64,000 nt of DNA from contig JAPLVC010000003.1 of the NCBI GenBank assembly GCA_026397315.1, positions 32,001 through 96,000 of the forward strand, written 5' to 3'. The position numbers and the translations under genes were made by a program. Positions 38,548 through 48,537 of the stretch are shown here, one piece after another (the stretch's first letter is position 1; the number at the start of each line of letters is the position of its first letter). The DNA comes from Candidatus Aenigmatarchaeota archaeon. Lineage in GTDB: Archaea; Aenigmatarchaeota; Aenigmatarchaeia; QMZP01; QMZT01. The notes beneath the pieces are model-generated. The model did no database searches and was not told where the DNA came from. It worked only from the letters and a program-made list of their open reading frames with translations.

Positions 38548-38844
38548 TCAGTTGGCATTTGTTTTTTTGTGTCTTGCATATCGAATTTGCCCATAGGCAT
38601 CGCCAGCCTCGTGATCATACCAGTATTTCTTGAGCAGCTTGCGGTATTCCATGACTTCCGGTGTTGCCCATGTTTCAGGATCGCTTTTCGAGAGTCTGAC
38701 AAGATAATTAAAGACGCCATATGCCTTCCTCTGACCCGCCGGGTTCGCCATGTCAAGCTGGACTTTCAACCCTTCAAAAGGCATTGAGGTCTGTATGGCG
38801 TATTTTATCTTCTCTATTTCAGGAACTGTGTAAATCACTGCCAT
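38548..38844 (-). CDS. hypothetical protein
   Basis: 98 aa ORF, AT-richer than neighbours. Confidence 0.5.
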   Translation of the reverse strand: MAVIYTVPEIEKIKYAIQTSMPFEGLKVQLDMANPAGQRKAYGVFNYLVRLSKSDPETWATPEVMEYRKLLKKYWYDHEAGDAYGQIRYARHKKTNAN

Positions 38845-38885
38845 GAAAAGCTTTCGATAAAAAGTTTTTTAAGCCAGCCGTTGCC

Positions 38886-39809
38886 TCAGATGGCGTGGCC
38901 TTTGCCTATAAGATGCAGTTTCTTCGCGTTCAGGTCTAGCAGCAGGAACACGTCGCTCCCCGTGTACGCCAGCGGCTTCTCGGCCTCTATGACCAGCGAG
39001 CTGTCCGTGATTTCAGAAACTTTCACTGGCACGGTCTGCATGCCCACGGAGACGTGGAGCATCCCTTCCGTGAGCTTTTCCGCGTAGAACTTGCTCTTCT
39101 CAAACGAAAGTTTAATTCTGGTCCCGGTTTTCACGCTTCCGGGAACGCAAAGGACCGCGCCTCTTTTCAACTCGTCTATGGACGCGCCCTTGAGCGCGAG
39201 ACCGACGCGCGAGCCTGCGTCAGCCGAATCGAAATCCTTGTCGTGCATCTGTATTGAGCGGACCACGATCTCTTTGCCGGCTGGCAAGAGCATGAGCTTG
39301 TCGTGCTTCTTCAGTACGCCTCTCTTCACAAACCCCAGTATGACTTCTCCGACGCCTTTGACTGCGAAGGAATGGTCTATCGTGACCAGCGTCGGGAGAG
39401 CGACGTCCCTCACGACGTCGATTTTTTCCAGCGTGGCCATTATCTCAAGCGCGTTGCGCTGCTTGACCACGAACGACTCCAGCGACGTGTCTTTGGTCAG
39501 CTTTATCGCCTGGCATATGTCAGTCCCAGCGGGCACGATGCATATGCCCTTCTTTATGCCCATCGCGTCCAGCATGAGTATCGTCTCCCCGACTTCGGAG
39601 GTCATGCTGGCGAACGAGACGATAGCCGCGTCTATGCACGCCATTATCTGCACCTTCGCGGCTAGCTTGTCGTCCACGGGCTGCAAAAAGGTGAATATCG
39701 CGTCGTCAGTCTTGCGGTTGAACATGCGTATGTCGCTTACAGTCCCCTTTTTCGCAATCTCGTTAGCCAGCGTCTCGTCATGGAAAACGCCGACAGTGAG
39801 GTTTTTCAT
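38886..39809 (-). CDS. SelB/EF-Tu-like protein with degenerate G domain
   Basis: KKGTVSDI; IDHSFAVKGVGEVILG...VRSIQMHD...RVGLALKG; no P-loop. Confidence 0.85.
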   Translation of the reverse strand: MKNLTVGVFHDETLANEIAKKGTVSDIRMFNRKTDDAIFTFLQPVDDKLAAKVQIMACIDAAIVSFASMTSEVGETILMLDAMGIKKGICIVPAGTDICQAIKLTKDTSLESFVVKQRNALEIMATLEKIDVVRDVALPTLVTIDHSFAVKGVGEVILGFVKRGVLKKHDKLMLLPAGKEIVVRSIQMHDKDFDSADAGSRVGLALKGASIDELKRGAVLCVPGSVKTGTRIKLSFEKSKFYAEKLTEGMLHVSVGMQTVPVKVSEITDSSLVIEAEKPLAYTGSDVFLLLDLNAKKLHLIGKGHAI

Positions 39810-39903
39810 GGACTAGTTTTGTTGTTCATAATTTAAAAAAGATTTTCGGTTTTCTCCGAACAAAAAGCTGCCGGTTTATAAGACGGCTTAACTGATTGTT
39901 ATT

Positions 39904-40407
39904 ATGGAAAGGAAAACTCTTGTTTATGGCTTGTTCATGATACTGATAATAATAACGGTCGGCGTGGCCGGCTGCGTCAGCGGCCAGCCGAAGGCATGCA
40001 CCGAGGAAGCGAAGCTCTGTCCCGACGGAAGTTACGTGGGACGCGACTCTAACAACAACTGTGCGTTCACGCCATGCCCGGGCGAAGGCACGCAACTGGC
40101 CAATCCTGCGTCGGTAAACTGCATCAACAACGGCGGAAAGCTTGATATCGTGACTGCGGAAGACGGCAGCCAAAGCGGCATGTGCACTTTTGAGGATGGC
40201 TTCTCCTGCGAGGAATGGGCTTATTACAGGGGAGAATGCCCTCCGTTCAGGCACATATGCACGGATGAAGAAAAGGCGGCACAAAACTGCACAACGGCAT
40301 ACGAGCCCGAATGCGGAAACAACGGTGTCACATACAGCAACGGATGCCTGGCATGCGCGAGCAATAACATAACCTTGTGGAGCCACGGAAAATGCCTCAC
40401 AGTGTAA
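39904..40407 (+). CDS. Cys-rich lipoprotein (DUF333 plus Kazal-like domains)
   Basis: VAGC lipobox; ACTEEAKLCPDGS; LANPASVNC...CEEWAYYRGEC; CGNNGVTYSNGC. Confidence 0.85.
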   Translation: MERKTLVYGLFMILIIITVGVAGCVSGQPKACTEEAKLCPDGSYVGRDSNNNCAFTPCPGEGTQLANPASVNCINNGGKLDIVTAEDGSQSGMCTFEDGFSCEEWAYYRGECPPFRHICTDEEKAAQNCTTAYEPECGNNGVTYSNGCLACASNNITLWSHGKCLTV

Positions 40408-40736
40408 ACGCGCGATTAATTTTTCTAAAACACAGATTCAAGACTTGCTCATGGACATCCTACCCGAGATAGCCAAAAGAAAAAGCCCGCTGGTTTTCGA
40501 CGAAACGAAAGATGTTGAGAAGGCGAAGCAAGACGGCAACTCATCAAATTCAAAAAGCTGATGCCCAACAAAAAAACGCATCTCTTTTATTACATCGGCC
40601 AAACCGGCCTTATGGATGAAGTCTTAATGTGATTCTTGTCAAGGATAAAAAAATTCGCATGCAATATATAATCAGGGTTGTTCTCCGGGTGGGGTAAATC
40701 TTTTCGAAAAGGGAAGCAACGTTAACGTGCATAGTT

Positions 40737-41210
40737 TTGGTTTTTGCTGCAGGTCTCTTCATCTCAATGCCCACGCAGTTCACCGGCCAGATGACGACTA
40801 ATGTAAGCGAGAAAGCAGACGTTTCCGGCGGCGAGCAGTCAAACGAGCCTGAAATCATTTTCACTACTTTCGACACCGAGCAATGCAAAAGCGACTTGGC
40901 CGTCTGCGAGAACTCCGTGGGCGAGCTGAAAGGCATAGTGCTTGACAAGTGCGAAAAACCCCACCATGATTTCGAACTGGCCGCGTGGGACGTCGCCAGG
41001 TCGAACGTGTACCTCGAAGACGATTTCAACTGCGTGGATTTCAGCAACTTGCTTGTAAACCGGCTGAATGGCATGGGCTACAAGACGCGCATTGCACACG
41101 GCTTTTACAACGGCGAGCCGCACGCGTGGGTGGTCGCCGAAATACCGATAGAGGCGACGAGCGGCAGGCTCATTACCCCGCAGCAATATGTCGAGTATGT
41201 TGAAAAATAA
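40737..41210 (+). CDS. transglutaminase-like cysteine protease-fold protein (start uncertain)
   Basis: DFNCVDFS ... HAWV ... IEAT. Confidence 0.7.
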   Translation: MVFAAGLFISMPTQFTGQMTTNVSEKADVSGGEQSNEPEIIFTTFDTEQCKSDLAVCENSVGELKGIVLDKCEKPHHDFELAAWDVARSNVYLEDDFNCVDFSNLLVNRLNGMGYKTRIAHGFYNGEPHAWVVAEIPIEATSGRLITPQQYVEYVEK

Positions 41211-41259
41211 TGAAATCTTTTTATCGGCGGCGCGCAATAAGTATTATTCCGGTGTTTGC

Positions 41260-41898
41260 ATGTTCAGGCTTGTGATTTTCGACCTCGACGGGACGCTTTT
41301 CAGTTCGGAGAATGTGATACTCGAGAGCCTCAACAGGGCTTTCAATGAGATTAACCTCGGTCCATACGACTGGGAAAGCGACATAGTCAGGTTCTTCGGA
41401 AAGCCTTTCCGCATATGGGCCGAAACGCTGCTCAGGGAAGCGGGCAGATACACGCCCGGGCTTGCGGAAAGGATTACGCAGAAGGCATGGGACAACTACG
41501 CGCTTTTAGGGCCGTCAATGGTCAGGCTTAACCCGGGCGCGAAAGAAACCCTGGAAAAACTTAAAAGCAAAGGCGTGAAGCTTGCTGTGGCCAGCAATAT
41601 GATGACAAGGCACGCGCATATACTCCTGCCCCATTTCGGCATCCAGAACTATTTCGATAAGATATGCACCGCTGACAGCGTGAAGCGGCCGAAGCCATTC
41701 CCGGACCAGTTCGACTGCATAATGGAAAGCGTCAAAGCGGACAAGAAAGAAACACTCATGGTCGGCGACACCGCTTCGGATGTGGACTTCGCGCGCAACT
41801 GCGGCATAAAGGTCGCGCTGCTGGACGCATCGTGGAACAGGTCGCTAGCACCGGATTACAGGATAAAAAATCTAAGCAAAGTCTTGGAACTTAAATGA
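41260..41898 (+). CDS. HAD-superfamily phosphatase
   Basis: FDLDGTL, KP.P, MVGDTASD. Confidence 0.92.
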   Translation: MFRLVIFDLDGTLFSSENVILESLNRAFNEINLGPYDWESDIVRFFGKPFRIWAETLLREAGRYTPGLAERITQKAWDNYALLGPSMVRLNPGAKETLEKLKSKGVKLAVASNMMTRHAHILLPHFGIQNYFDKICTADSVKRPKPFPDQFDCIMESVKADKKETLMVGDTASDVDFARNCGIKVALLDASWNRSLAPDYRIKNLSKVLELK

Positions 41899-41943
41899 AA
41901 GTTCCAAGTTCCATATCCCTTTATAATGCATCGTGTTAAATAA

Positions 41944-42099
41944 ATGCAAGGTGATTTCATAGCGAAGAAATGCAACAATAACATAGGTGCTTACGGACAA
42001 ATAAGCAGATGCAAACTTGACAATTGTCTGTGTTGCATATACCCGCAGGACAAATGCCCCCAGTTCGTAGAAAGGAAATTCCCCAAGTTCAAAGCCTGA
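41944..42099 (+). CDS. small Cys-rich protein (51 aa)
   Basis: KKCNNN...RCKLDNCLCCIYPQDKCPQF. Confidence 0.45.
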   Translation: MQGDFIAKKCNNNIGAYGQISRCKLDNCLCCIYPQDKCPQFVERKFPKFKA

Positions 42100-42109
42100 T
42101 TTTAACAGT

Positions 42110-42256
42110 TTAGTCTTTCTTGTTGAAGATGAAATAAGTCGCTATCCCTATCAGCGTCAGGACCGGCCCCAAAGGCGACTGAAAAAAGGCGAAAAGCACG
42201 GTGCCGGTTATAAGCACCGCGAGTATCAGAAGCGCGATAAATTTGTTTTTTATCAT
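42110..42256 (-). CDS. small membrane protein (48 aa)
   Basis: MIKNKFIALLILAVLITG..., two hydrophobic segments, directly after htpX. Confidence 0.55.
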   Translation of the reverse strand: MIKNKFIALLILAVLITGTVLFAFFQSPLGPVLTLIGIATYFIFNKKD

Positions 42257-42269
42257 TTCATCGACCGTC

Positions 42270-43214
42270 TCACTCGAGCGTCGAAAGGTGCTGCACTCTC
42301 TTGAGCATGTTGGGGTGGGTGCTGAGGATTTCCATGAGCTTGTCGCCTGTGCTGACCCGTACTTTGGAGTTCCTTATTTTGGCAAGTTCGTCCTTTTCTA
42401 TGGAACCGCTCATGTCGCTGTCGAGCTCTTTGAGATTCTGGAAATCGCTTATGGCCCTGGACGGGTCGTTCACGAAGAAAGCCTTGAAGCCCTCCACATG
42501 TTTCAGCGAATCCTTGTTGGCCCTTGCGCTGCCGTAGACCAGCTTGTAAAGAGCCGACGCCATCGAAGAAGGCTTGTTGCCCAGCTTCACGCTGCCCTTG
42601 TCCGCCCCGTATTCGCGTATCCTCGATGCGTAAAGGACCAGCAACTGCGTGACGAAATAGAGTACGAAAGCGGCTATGCCTATCAGCACGGCGTTGCCCT
42701 TGTTCCTGCCGGATGAATATAAAGTGCCCCTGCTCACGAACCAGCATATCATCGGGATGACGCTAAGAAGCGTTATGAACGCGACGTCACGGTTGTTTAT
42801 GTGGGAAATCTCGTGGCCCAGGACTGCTCGCAGCTCGTCCTCTTTCATCAGGTTGAGTATGCCTCTCGTCACGCAGACGCGTCCGTCGCTCTTCCAGCGG
42901 CCGAAAGCGAAGGCGTTGGGCACTGCTATCTCCGAGATGCCTACGCGCGGCTTCTTGATGCCGGCCTTTTCGGCCAGTTCGGCGACCATTTTGTGCAATT
43001 CAGGCGCGTCTTTCTCCGAAACGTAGTGCACGCCCATGGACCATTCGACTATCTTCGGCCCGATCATGTACTGTATGAAAATTATTCCTATCGCGACGAC
43101 GCCGTAAAAGAAAAATCCCTCGATGCCCATGTATGCAGCCACGGCTGCTATCATGGCGTAAAGTATGCCGAAAAGTATAGTCGTGAGCAGGAACATCTTA
43201 AGCTGAAGCCACAT
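42270..43214 (-). CDS. htpX: zinc metalloprotease HtpX (M48)
   Basis: PNAFAFG, LGHEISH, SRIREYGAD, STHP. Confidence 0.95.
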   Translation of the reverse strand: MWLQLKMFLLTTILFGILYAMIAAVAAYMGIEGFFFYGVVAIGIIFIQYMIGPKIVEWSMGVHYVSEKDAPELHKMVAELAEKAGIKKPRVGISEIAVPNAFAFGRWKSDGRVCVTRGILNLMKEDELRAVLGHEISHINNRDVAFITLLSVIPMICWFVSRGTLYSSGRNKGNAVLIGIAAFVLYFVTQLLVLYASRIREYGADKGSVKLGNKPSSMASALYKLVYGSARANKDSLKHVEGFKAFFVNDPSRAISDFQNLKELDSDMSGSIEKDELAKIRNSKVRVSTGDKLMEILSTHPNMLKRVQHLSTLE

Positions 43215-43296
43215 GATATCACCGGGTAAATTATATAAGAGCGCCTGCTTTAAAAGATTTCGCATTTTTTAGGATGGCCGGCCAAGATTTAATCAG

Positions 43297-43680
43297 GTGC
43301 GCATGGGGCAGATGGGCTACTACAAGATGCTGGCGGTCATTTTCGTAATCCTCGTCTTCTCCGTCGCCGTGCAGGGCCAGCAGCTTTTTGCCGACACGTT
43401 CTTCGCGCTCGCTTATGCCGTCATGGCTTTCGCTCTGTTCATAGGCACGAAATGGAAAAGCACGTCGCGCACGGCGATAGCGATCGGCCTGCTGCTCATC
43501 TTCTCGGTCGGCTTCCTCTCGACGAACGTGCTGATAGACTTCTTCAGCAAGCCCGTGACCCCAAACGTCTTCTTCAAGCTGGCGATTGTCGTCTCGCTTG
43601 ACGCGAGCGCCCTCTTCTTCCTGAACTACGGCAGGCAGATGAGGAAGGAAGAGCGAATTCCGGAGACCGTCGAGTTTTGA
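43297..43680 (+). CDS. membrane protein
   Basis: Four TM segments. Confidence 0.65.
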   Translation: MRMGQMGYYKMLAVIFVILVFSVAVQGQQLFADTFFALAYAVMAFALFIGTKWKSTSRTAIAIGLLLIFSVGFLSTNVLIDFFSKPVTPNVFFKLAIVVSLDASALFFLNYGRQMRKEERIPETVEF

Positions 43681-43730
43681 GGCTCGGCTCGGCATGCAAA
43701 ACTTATATTGGGGTAAATTATATTGTAAAT

Positions 43731-44477
43731 ATGGAAGCTTCCGGAGAACCGCAAAATCCAGCAGTCCCTCAGGTCCAGCCTCAGCAGGCACCTGCGGGCC
43801 AGACGGGCGCGTATCCGGAGCAGGCTTCCGGCGGCGTTCTTTTCGTCCTCAAATGCATATGGCTCTTCATACTCGGCGCCATTCTCGCGGTCGTGGGACT
43901 CATCACTCTTCTTACAAGACCCGACATGGGCACCAACCCCTTCATCATAATGCTCATGGGACTAATGTTCACGGCCATCGGCTCGATATACGGAAAACGA
44001 AAGCTGGCTGGCCAGGCAGCGGTCGCGGATTACGTGGTCGACCCTGCCCAGATGCTGCAGATCAGGCCGGTGGACACGCCACCGCAACCACAGCAACAGC
44101 AGCAGATGCAGCCGTTCCCTACATATCCCGCTTACCCATCATATCCTCAGTCCGTCCAGCAGAGGCCGGCTGAAACGCCAAGAATCCAGCAGCCAGCGCA
44201 ACCATCGACACAGTTGGCGCAGGCGGAACAGCCTTCCGGAATAAAGAGGATATTCGTATGCCCGAAGTGCGGTGCCGAGAACGAGATGGATGACAAGTTC
44301 TGCTACAAGTGCGGTTTCAAGTTCACCAAGCCGAAAAAGAAACCCGCCAAGAAAGCGGCGAAGACGAAAACAGAAAAGGAAAAGCCCATATTAAAGTCAA
44401 AGCCCGCCGCAAAGCCAAAGCCAGCACCGAAAAAAGCACTCGTCGCCAAAAAGAAAATACCTAAAGAAACCGTTTAA
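43731..44477 (+). CDS. membrane protein with Pro/Gln linker, zinc ribbon and Lys/Ala-rich tail
   Basis: Two TMs; CPKCGAEN...FCYKCG; KPAKKAAK tail. Confidence 0.8.
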   Translation: MEASGEPQNPAVPQVQPQQAPAGQTGAYPEQASGGVLFVLKCIWLFILGAILAVVGLITLLTRPDMGTNPFIIMLMGLMFTAIGSIYGKRKLAGQAAVADYVVDPAQMLQIRPVDTPPQPQQQQQMQPFPTYPAYPSYPQSVQQRPAETPRIQQPAQPSTQLAQAEQPSGIKRIFVCPKCGAENEMDDKFCYKCGFKFTKPKKKPAKKAAKTKTEKEKPILKSKPAAKPKPAPKKALVAKKKIPKETV

Positions 44478-44485
44478 TTCTGCAT

Positions 44486-46021
44486 TCAGATGATTCTCCA
44501 CCTGACGCCGCCTTCCTTGTCCTCCAGCGTTATGCCTGCGTCTTTCAGGTCCGCGCGTATCTTGTCTGACAAGGCGTATTCTTTCTTCTTGCGCAGCGTT
44601 TCCCTCACGTCGATGAAAACCGCCATCAGTTTTGCGAAGTTCTCCGGGTCGTATTCCTTGCCTTTCAGATGCGTTATGTCCTTGTCCAGCCTTTTAGCTG
44701 TCTCGGCATCCTTCGTCTTTAGCGTCTCGTGAACTTCCACCAAAAGGTTCAGCGCCTTCTCCACCAGCTCTTTCGACGGACCAGCGTCCTTCTTCAGCAC
44801 GCCCAGAACCTTGTCGAAGCGCTGCATGGCATGGATGCATTTTTCAGCGCCTGCCTTGCCGATTTTTCCCGCGTCAATGAGCTTGTTTATCTCTTTCATG
44901 AAGTCGAATAATGCTGCGAGAGCGGTGTTTATGTCAAGATCGTCGTCCATCGCTTCTGTGAAAGCCTTCTCGGCCTCATGGACGAGCTTGTCCACATCAT
45001 GTTGCGGCTTCTCGCCTTTCGCTTCCCTGAGAAGGTCGATAAAATTATCGATTCTCTCGACTGTCTGCTTCGCCGCCCATAAAGATTCGTCAGTCACGTT
45101 GAGCTTTGAGCGGTAATGCGTCGATAGCAGGACATATCTTATGGCGCGCGGGTCATGTCCGCGCGCTAGTAACTCTTTGAGCGTGAGGTAGTTGCCCAGC
45201 GACTTCGACATCTTCTGCCCCTCGACCATGACGTGGTCGTTGTGCAGCCAGTAGCGCACGAACTGTTTGCCATACGCCGCCTCGGACTGCGCGATCTCGT
45301 TTTCATGATGAGGGAACATCAGGTCGACGCCGCCCGTGTGGATGTCGAATGTCCTTCCGAGATATTTCGACGACATCACGGAGCACTCGATGTGCCATCC
45401 CGGCCGGCCTTTACCTATCTCCGTATCCCAGAAAACGTCGCCATCCTCCGGCGACCACGCCTTCCATAAAGCGAAGTCCCTTGCCTCGTCTTTAGCGTAT
45501 TCGTCCTGGCAGACGCGCGCGCCGGACTTGAGGGCGGACACGTCGAGCTTCGAGAGCTTCCCGTAGTCCGGGAATTTCCTTATGTTGAAATAAACAGAAC
45601 CATCGGAACCCTTGTATGCGACGCCCTTGTCAAGCAGAATCTTTACCAGTTCGACCATTTCATTGATATGCTCCGTCGCCCTCGGGTAATGTTCCACCCT
45701 TTCCGCATTCATCGTCTCCAGACTCTCGAAGAATACTTTCGCGTATTTCTCCGTGAATTCGGCCAGCGTCATGCCCTCTTTCTTCGAGTTGCGGATGGTC
45801 TTGTCGTCGACGTCCGTGAGGTTCATGACGTGCGTAAGCTTGAAGCCACGGTATTTGAGGTAACGCCTTAGCAGGTCGTCGAAGACAAACGCCCTCAGGT
45901 TGCCGATGTGCGGGTAGTCGTATACCGTCGGGCCGCACGAATACATCCTGACCTCGCCCGCGTGCAGCGGCACGAATTCGTCCTTCGAGCGCGTCAGCGT
46001 ATTGTAGAATTTCAGGACCAT
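44486..46021 (-). CDS. cysS: cysteinyl-tRNA synthetase
   Basis: CGPTVYDYPHIGN, GRPGWHIEC, FPHHENE, KMSKS. Confidence 0.98.
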   Translation of the reverse strand: MVLKFYNTLTRSKDEFVPLHAGEVRMYSCGPTVYDYPHIGNLRAFVFDDLLRRYLKYRGFKLTHVMNLTDVDDKTIRNSKKEGMTLAEFTEKYAKVFFESLETMNAERVEHYPRATEHINEMVELVKILLDKGVAYKGSDGSVYFNIRKFPDYGKLSKLDVSALKSGARVCQDEYAKDEARDFALWKAWSPEDGDVFWDTEIGKGRPGWHIECSVMSSKYLGRTFDIHTGGVDLMFPHHENEIAQSEAAYGKQFVRYWLHNDHVMVEGQKMSKSLGNYLTLKELLARGHDPRAIRYVLLSTHYRSKLNVTDESLWAAKQTVERIDNFIDLLREAKGEKPQHDVDKLVHEAEKAFTEAMDDDLDINTALAALFDFMKEINKLIDAGKIGKAGAEKCIHAMQRFDKVLGVLKKDAGPSKELVEKALNLLVEVHETLKTKDAETAKRLDKDITHLKGKEYDPENFAKLMAVFIDVRETLRKKKEYALSDKIRADLKDAGITLEDKEGGVRWRII

Positions 46022-46070
46022 AAAGCCACTTATAATAGATTGTCTTTTGTGCCTTTAAAAACAGGGCTGT

Positions 46071-46802
46071 TTATTCAGCAATTATTGTATTGCCATTATC
46101 GTTTTCGTCATCGTAGCCAAGAGAAATTGACAACACACCTTTATTTTCAGTTATTGACGTGATTGAGTCCAATTCTTGCGGTTTTATCTGTTTTTCTTTC
46201 AGCAGTGCGTTCAGAAGTCTTTCTTCGAAGAATATTCCTTCCCCCCTTTTAACGAGTTTCATTGCAGTGCTACCTTCTTTCAGTGCTTGTTCCAAATTGG
46301 AGAAGAGCTTCTTTATTTGCGGGTTTAATATGTAGTCCCAGAAGAATATGCCGCCTTCCCTTATTCCTGTTTCAACCGAATCCGATAGATGCACGCCATT
46401 GTCCATTGGCCTGTTTTCCCTGTTGACCCGTTCTATCGAATCACCGGTCACTTCATACACAAAACTCCTGAAACTGCCGGGTTTTGCCTTAATCGGGTCT
46501 TTGTATCCTATCACGTCGTCTCTCATGTGCTCAATCCATTTTGCAGGGTTTTTATGGTCTTCTCCCGCTTCAAAAACATTTGTCACAAGCCTCTTGCCGG
46601 AATAGAGATTCCACAGGGAATCGAAGAACGGCCTATCTTTGTGTACGGCATAAAGCTCTTTCATGAGTTCATCTGGGCTTGCATCCCATGTTCTTGTCGA
46701 TATTATGCGCCCTTCCTGCCTCAGCAGGTCAAGAAGTTTTTTTTCGATGTACTCATGGCTTGCCGTTAACGGCTTGTAAAGCATCAATAACCTGGGTTCC
46801 AT
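46071..46802 (-). CDS. divergent nucleoside-diphosphate-kinase-like protein
   Basis: LYKP, ELYAVHKDRPFF, DPIKAKPGSFR, DNGVHLSDS. Confidence 0.7.
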   Translation of the reverse strand: MEPRLLMLYKPLTASHEYIEKKLLDLLRQEGRIISTRTWDASPDELMKELYAVHKDRPFFDSLWNLYSGKRLVTNVFEAGEDHKNPAKWIEHMRDDVIGYKDPIKAKPGSFRSFVYEVTGDSIERVNRENRPMDNGVHLSDSVETGIREGGIFFWDYILNPQIKKLFSNLEQALKEGSTAMKLVKRGEGIFFEERLLNALLKEKQIKPQELDSITSITENKGVLSISLGYDDENDNGNTIIAE

Positions 46803-46877
46803 TTTTAGTATTCGTGGTTAGTTTTAAATTCATTGCCTTTTCCAAACATTTTTAACCCCGCGGACGAAAACGATAGC

Positions 46878-48065
46878 ATGGAGCTGTGGGTGAACAAGTA
46901 CAAGCCGAAAACGGCGAAAGAAATTCTCAGCCAGGGCAGCGCGCTCAGCGCGACTGAAGCATGGCTTTCCTCATGGAAGCCGGGCAAGGCGCTGCTCATC
47001 GCGGGGCCGCCGGGCACGGGCAAGACTCTGATAGCCGAGACGGTCGCTAACGAACGAGGATGGATGCTCATGCAGGTCAACGCGAGCGACGAGCGCAACT
47101 CGGAAGCGGTAGAGAAGACGCTGACAGAAGTTTCGAGAAACCAGCCTCTCTTCCATAGTGGCAAGATAATTCTCATAGACGAGGTCGACAGCCTCTCTTC
47201 CGGCGACCGCGGCGGCATACAGGCGATAGTCAGGATAGTAAAGGCATCGCGCTTCCCGATTATAGTCACGGCCAACGACCCTTACATCCACAAGCTGCAG
47301 CCCCTGCGCTCTTATGCGAAAATAGTCAAGCTTTCCAAGGTCGACGTGCGTTCCGTCGAGAAGCGCCTCCGCGAGATATGCGAGGCCGAGAGAGTCGAAG
47401 TCAGCGGCGACGTGCTGAAGAACCTGGCGCGCTGGTCATCCGGCGATTTGCGTTCTGCGATAAACGACCTGCAGATGATGTGCGAGGGCCGCAAGGAGAT
47501 AAGCGAGCGCGACTTCGAGGCCCTGGGCTTTCGCGAACGCGAGTCCAACGTCTTCTCCGTCCTGCCCATCGTGTTCCGCTGCAAGAACATCACTGCCGCG
47601 AAGAACGCCATAAACACGTGCGACAAGGATGCCGACGACCTGTTCTGGTGGATAGAGAACAATATCCCGTTCGAGTTCACGGACGCTGAATCGCTGGCTA
47701 ATGCGCTTGACATGCTTTCAAAAGCCGACATTTTCAGGCAAATAGTCCACCGCCAGCAGAACTGGAGGTTCAAGGCGCACATGGTCGACATGCTCGCGGG
47801 CATATCGCTCGCGGGCGAAGGGACGCACCAGTACGTACAATACAAGCCGCCTGAGAAATTCGCGCTGCTGGCGCAGCTGAGGTTCAGGAACGCGGAGATG
47901 GGCAAGATTTACGAGAAACTGTCGGCGTACACGCACAGCCCGCAGAGGATCGTCAGGAACGAATACCTGCCATTCATTAAAATCATACTTTCTTCAAAAA
48001 AGACGCATGACAGCTCCGGCATAGAATTCACAGAGGAGGAAGCGAAGGCGCTTGTTTCTGGATAA
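46878..48065 (+). CDS. rfcL: replication factor C large subunit
   Basis: [41 protein letters not shown]. Confidence 0.95.
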   Translation: MELWVNKYKPKTAKEILSQGSALSATEAWLSSWKPGKALLIAGPPGTGKTLIAETVANERGWMLMQVNASDERNSEAVEKTLTEVSRNQPLFHSGKIILIDEVDSLSSGDRGGIQAIVRIVKASRFPIIVTANDPYIHKLQPLRSYAKIVKLSKVDVRSVEKRLREICEAERVEVSGDVLKNLARWSSGDLRSAINDLQMMCEGRKEISERDFEALGFRERESNVFSVLPIVFRCKNITAAKNAINTCDKDADDLFWWIENNIPFEFTDAESLANALDMLSKADIFRQIVHRQQNWRFKAHMVDMLAGISLAGEGTHQYVQYKPPEKFALLAQLRFRNAEMGKIYEKLSAYTHSPQRIVRNEYLPFIKIILSSKKTHDSSGIEFTEEEAKALVSG

Positions 48066-48102
48066 CGAACGGTTTTTATTTTTTATTGCGATAATCAATA
48101 AA

Positions 48103-48537
48103 ATGAAAAAGCCATTTCACAGTTGGCATGAATTGGGCGATTATTTTTCAGCTGTCCGTTTCGGAAAATATACGGTTTGCCTTAACGATGAAAGTTGCAG
48201 AGCAATAACGACCACCTATCGCGACAAGGGGCCCAGAATAGAATTTTACGGAAATCCCATGAACGGTTTTCCGTTGGGATTCTGTTTTCCTGAATTTAGA
48301 GAAAATGCCGAAGAAACCGAAGTGGCGGTGAAGTCGCCGCTCTCCGGCCTGAGAATCAGCGACATTGGATCGGACTGGGCGGATTTCACCGAAGGCCCCG
48401 TGCCAATGGAAGGCCGTAAATTTCATTTAAAAAGCGGTGACATAAAGCGGATAACAAAAGAGCCGGGTTTTCTGCGCAGAATTTTTGGCGCAGCCGAAAA
48501 AGAAATTTATGTTGCGGACAACGAACAAATTATTTAA
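48103..48537 (+). CDS. hypothetical protein
   Basis: ORF filling the gap. Confidence 0.45.
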   Translation: MKKPFHSWHELGDYFSAVRFGKYTVCLNDESCRAITTTYRDKGPRIEFYGNPMNGFPLGFCFPEFRENAEETEVAVKSPLSGLRISDIGSDWADFTEGPVPMEGRKFHLKSGDIKRITKEPGFLRRIFGAAEKEIYVADNEQII

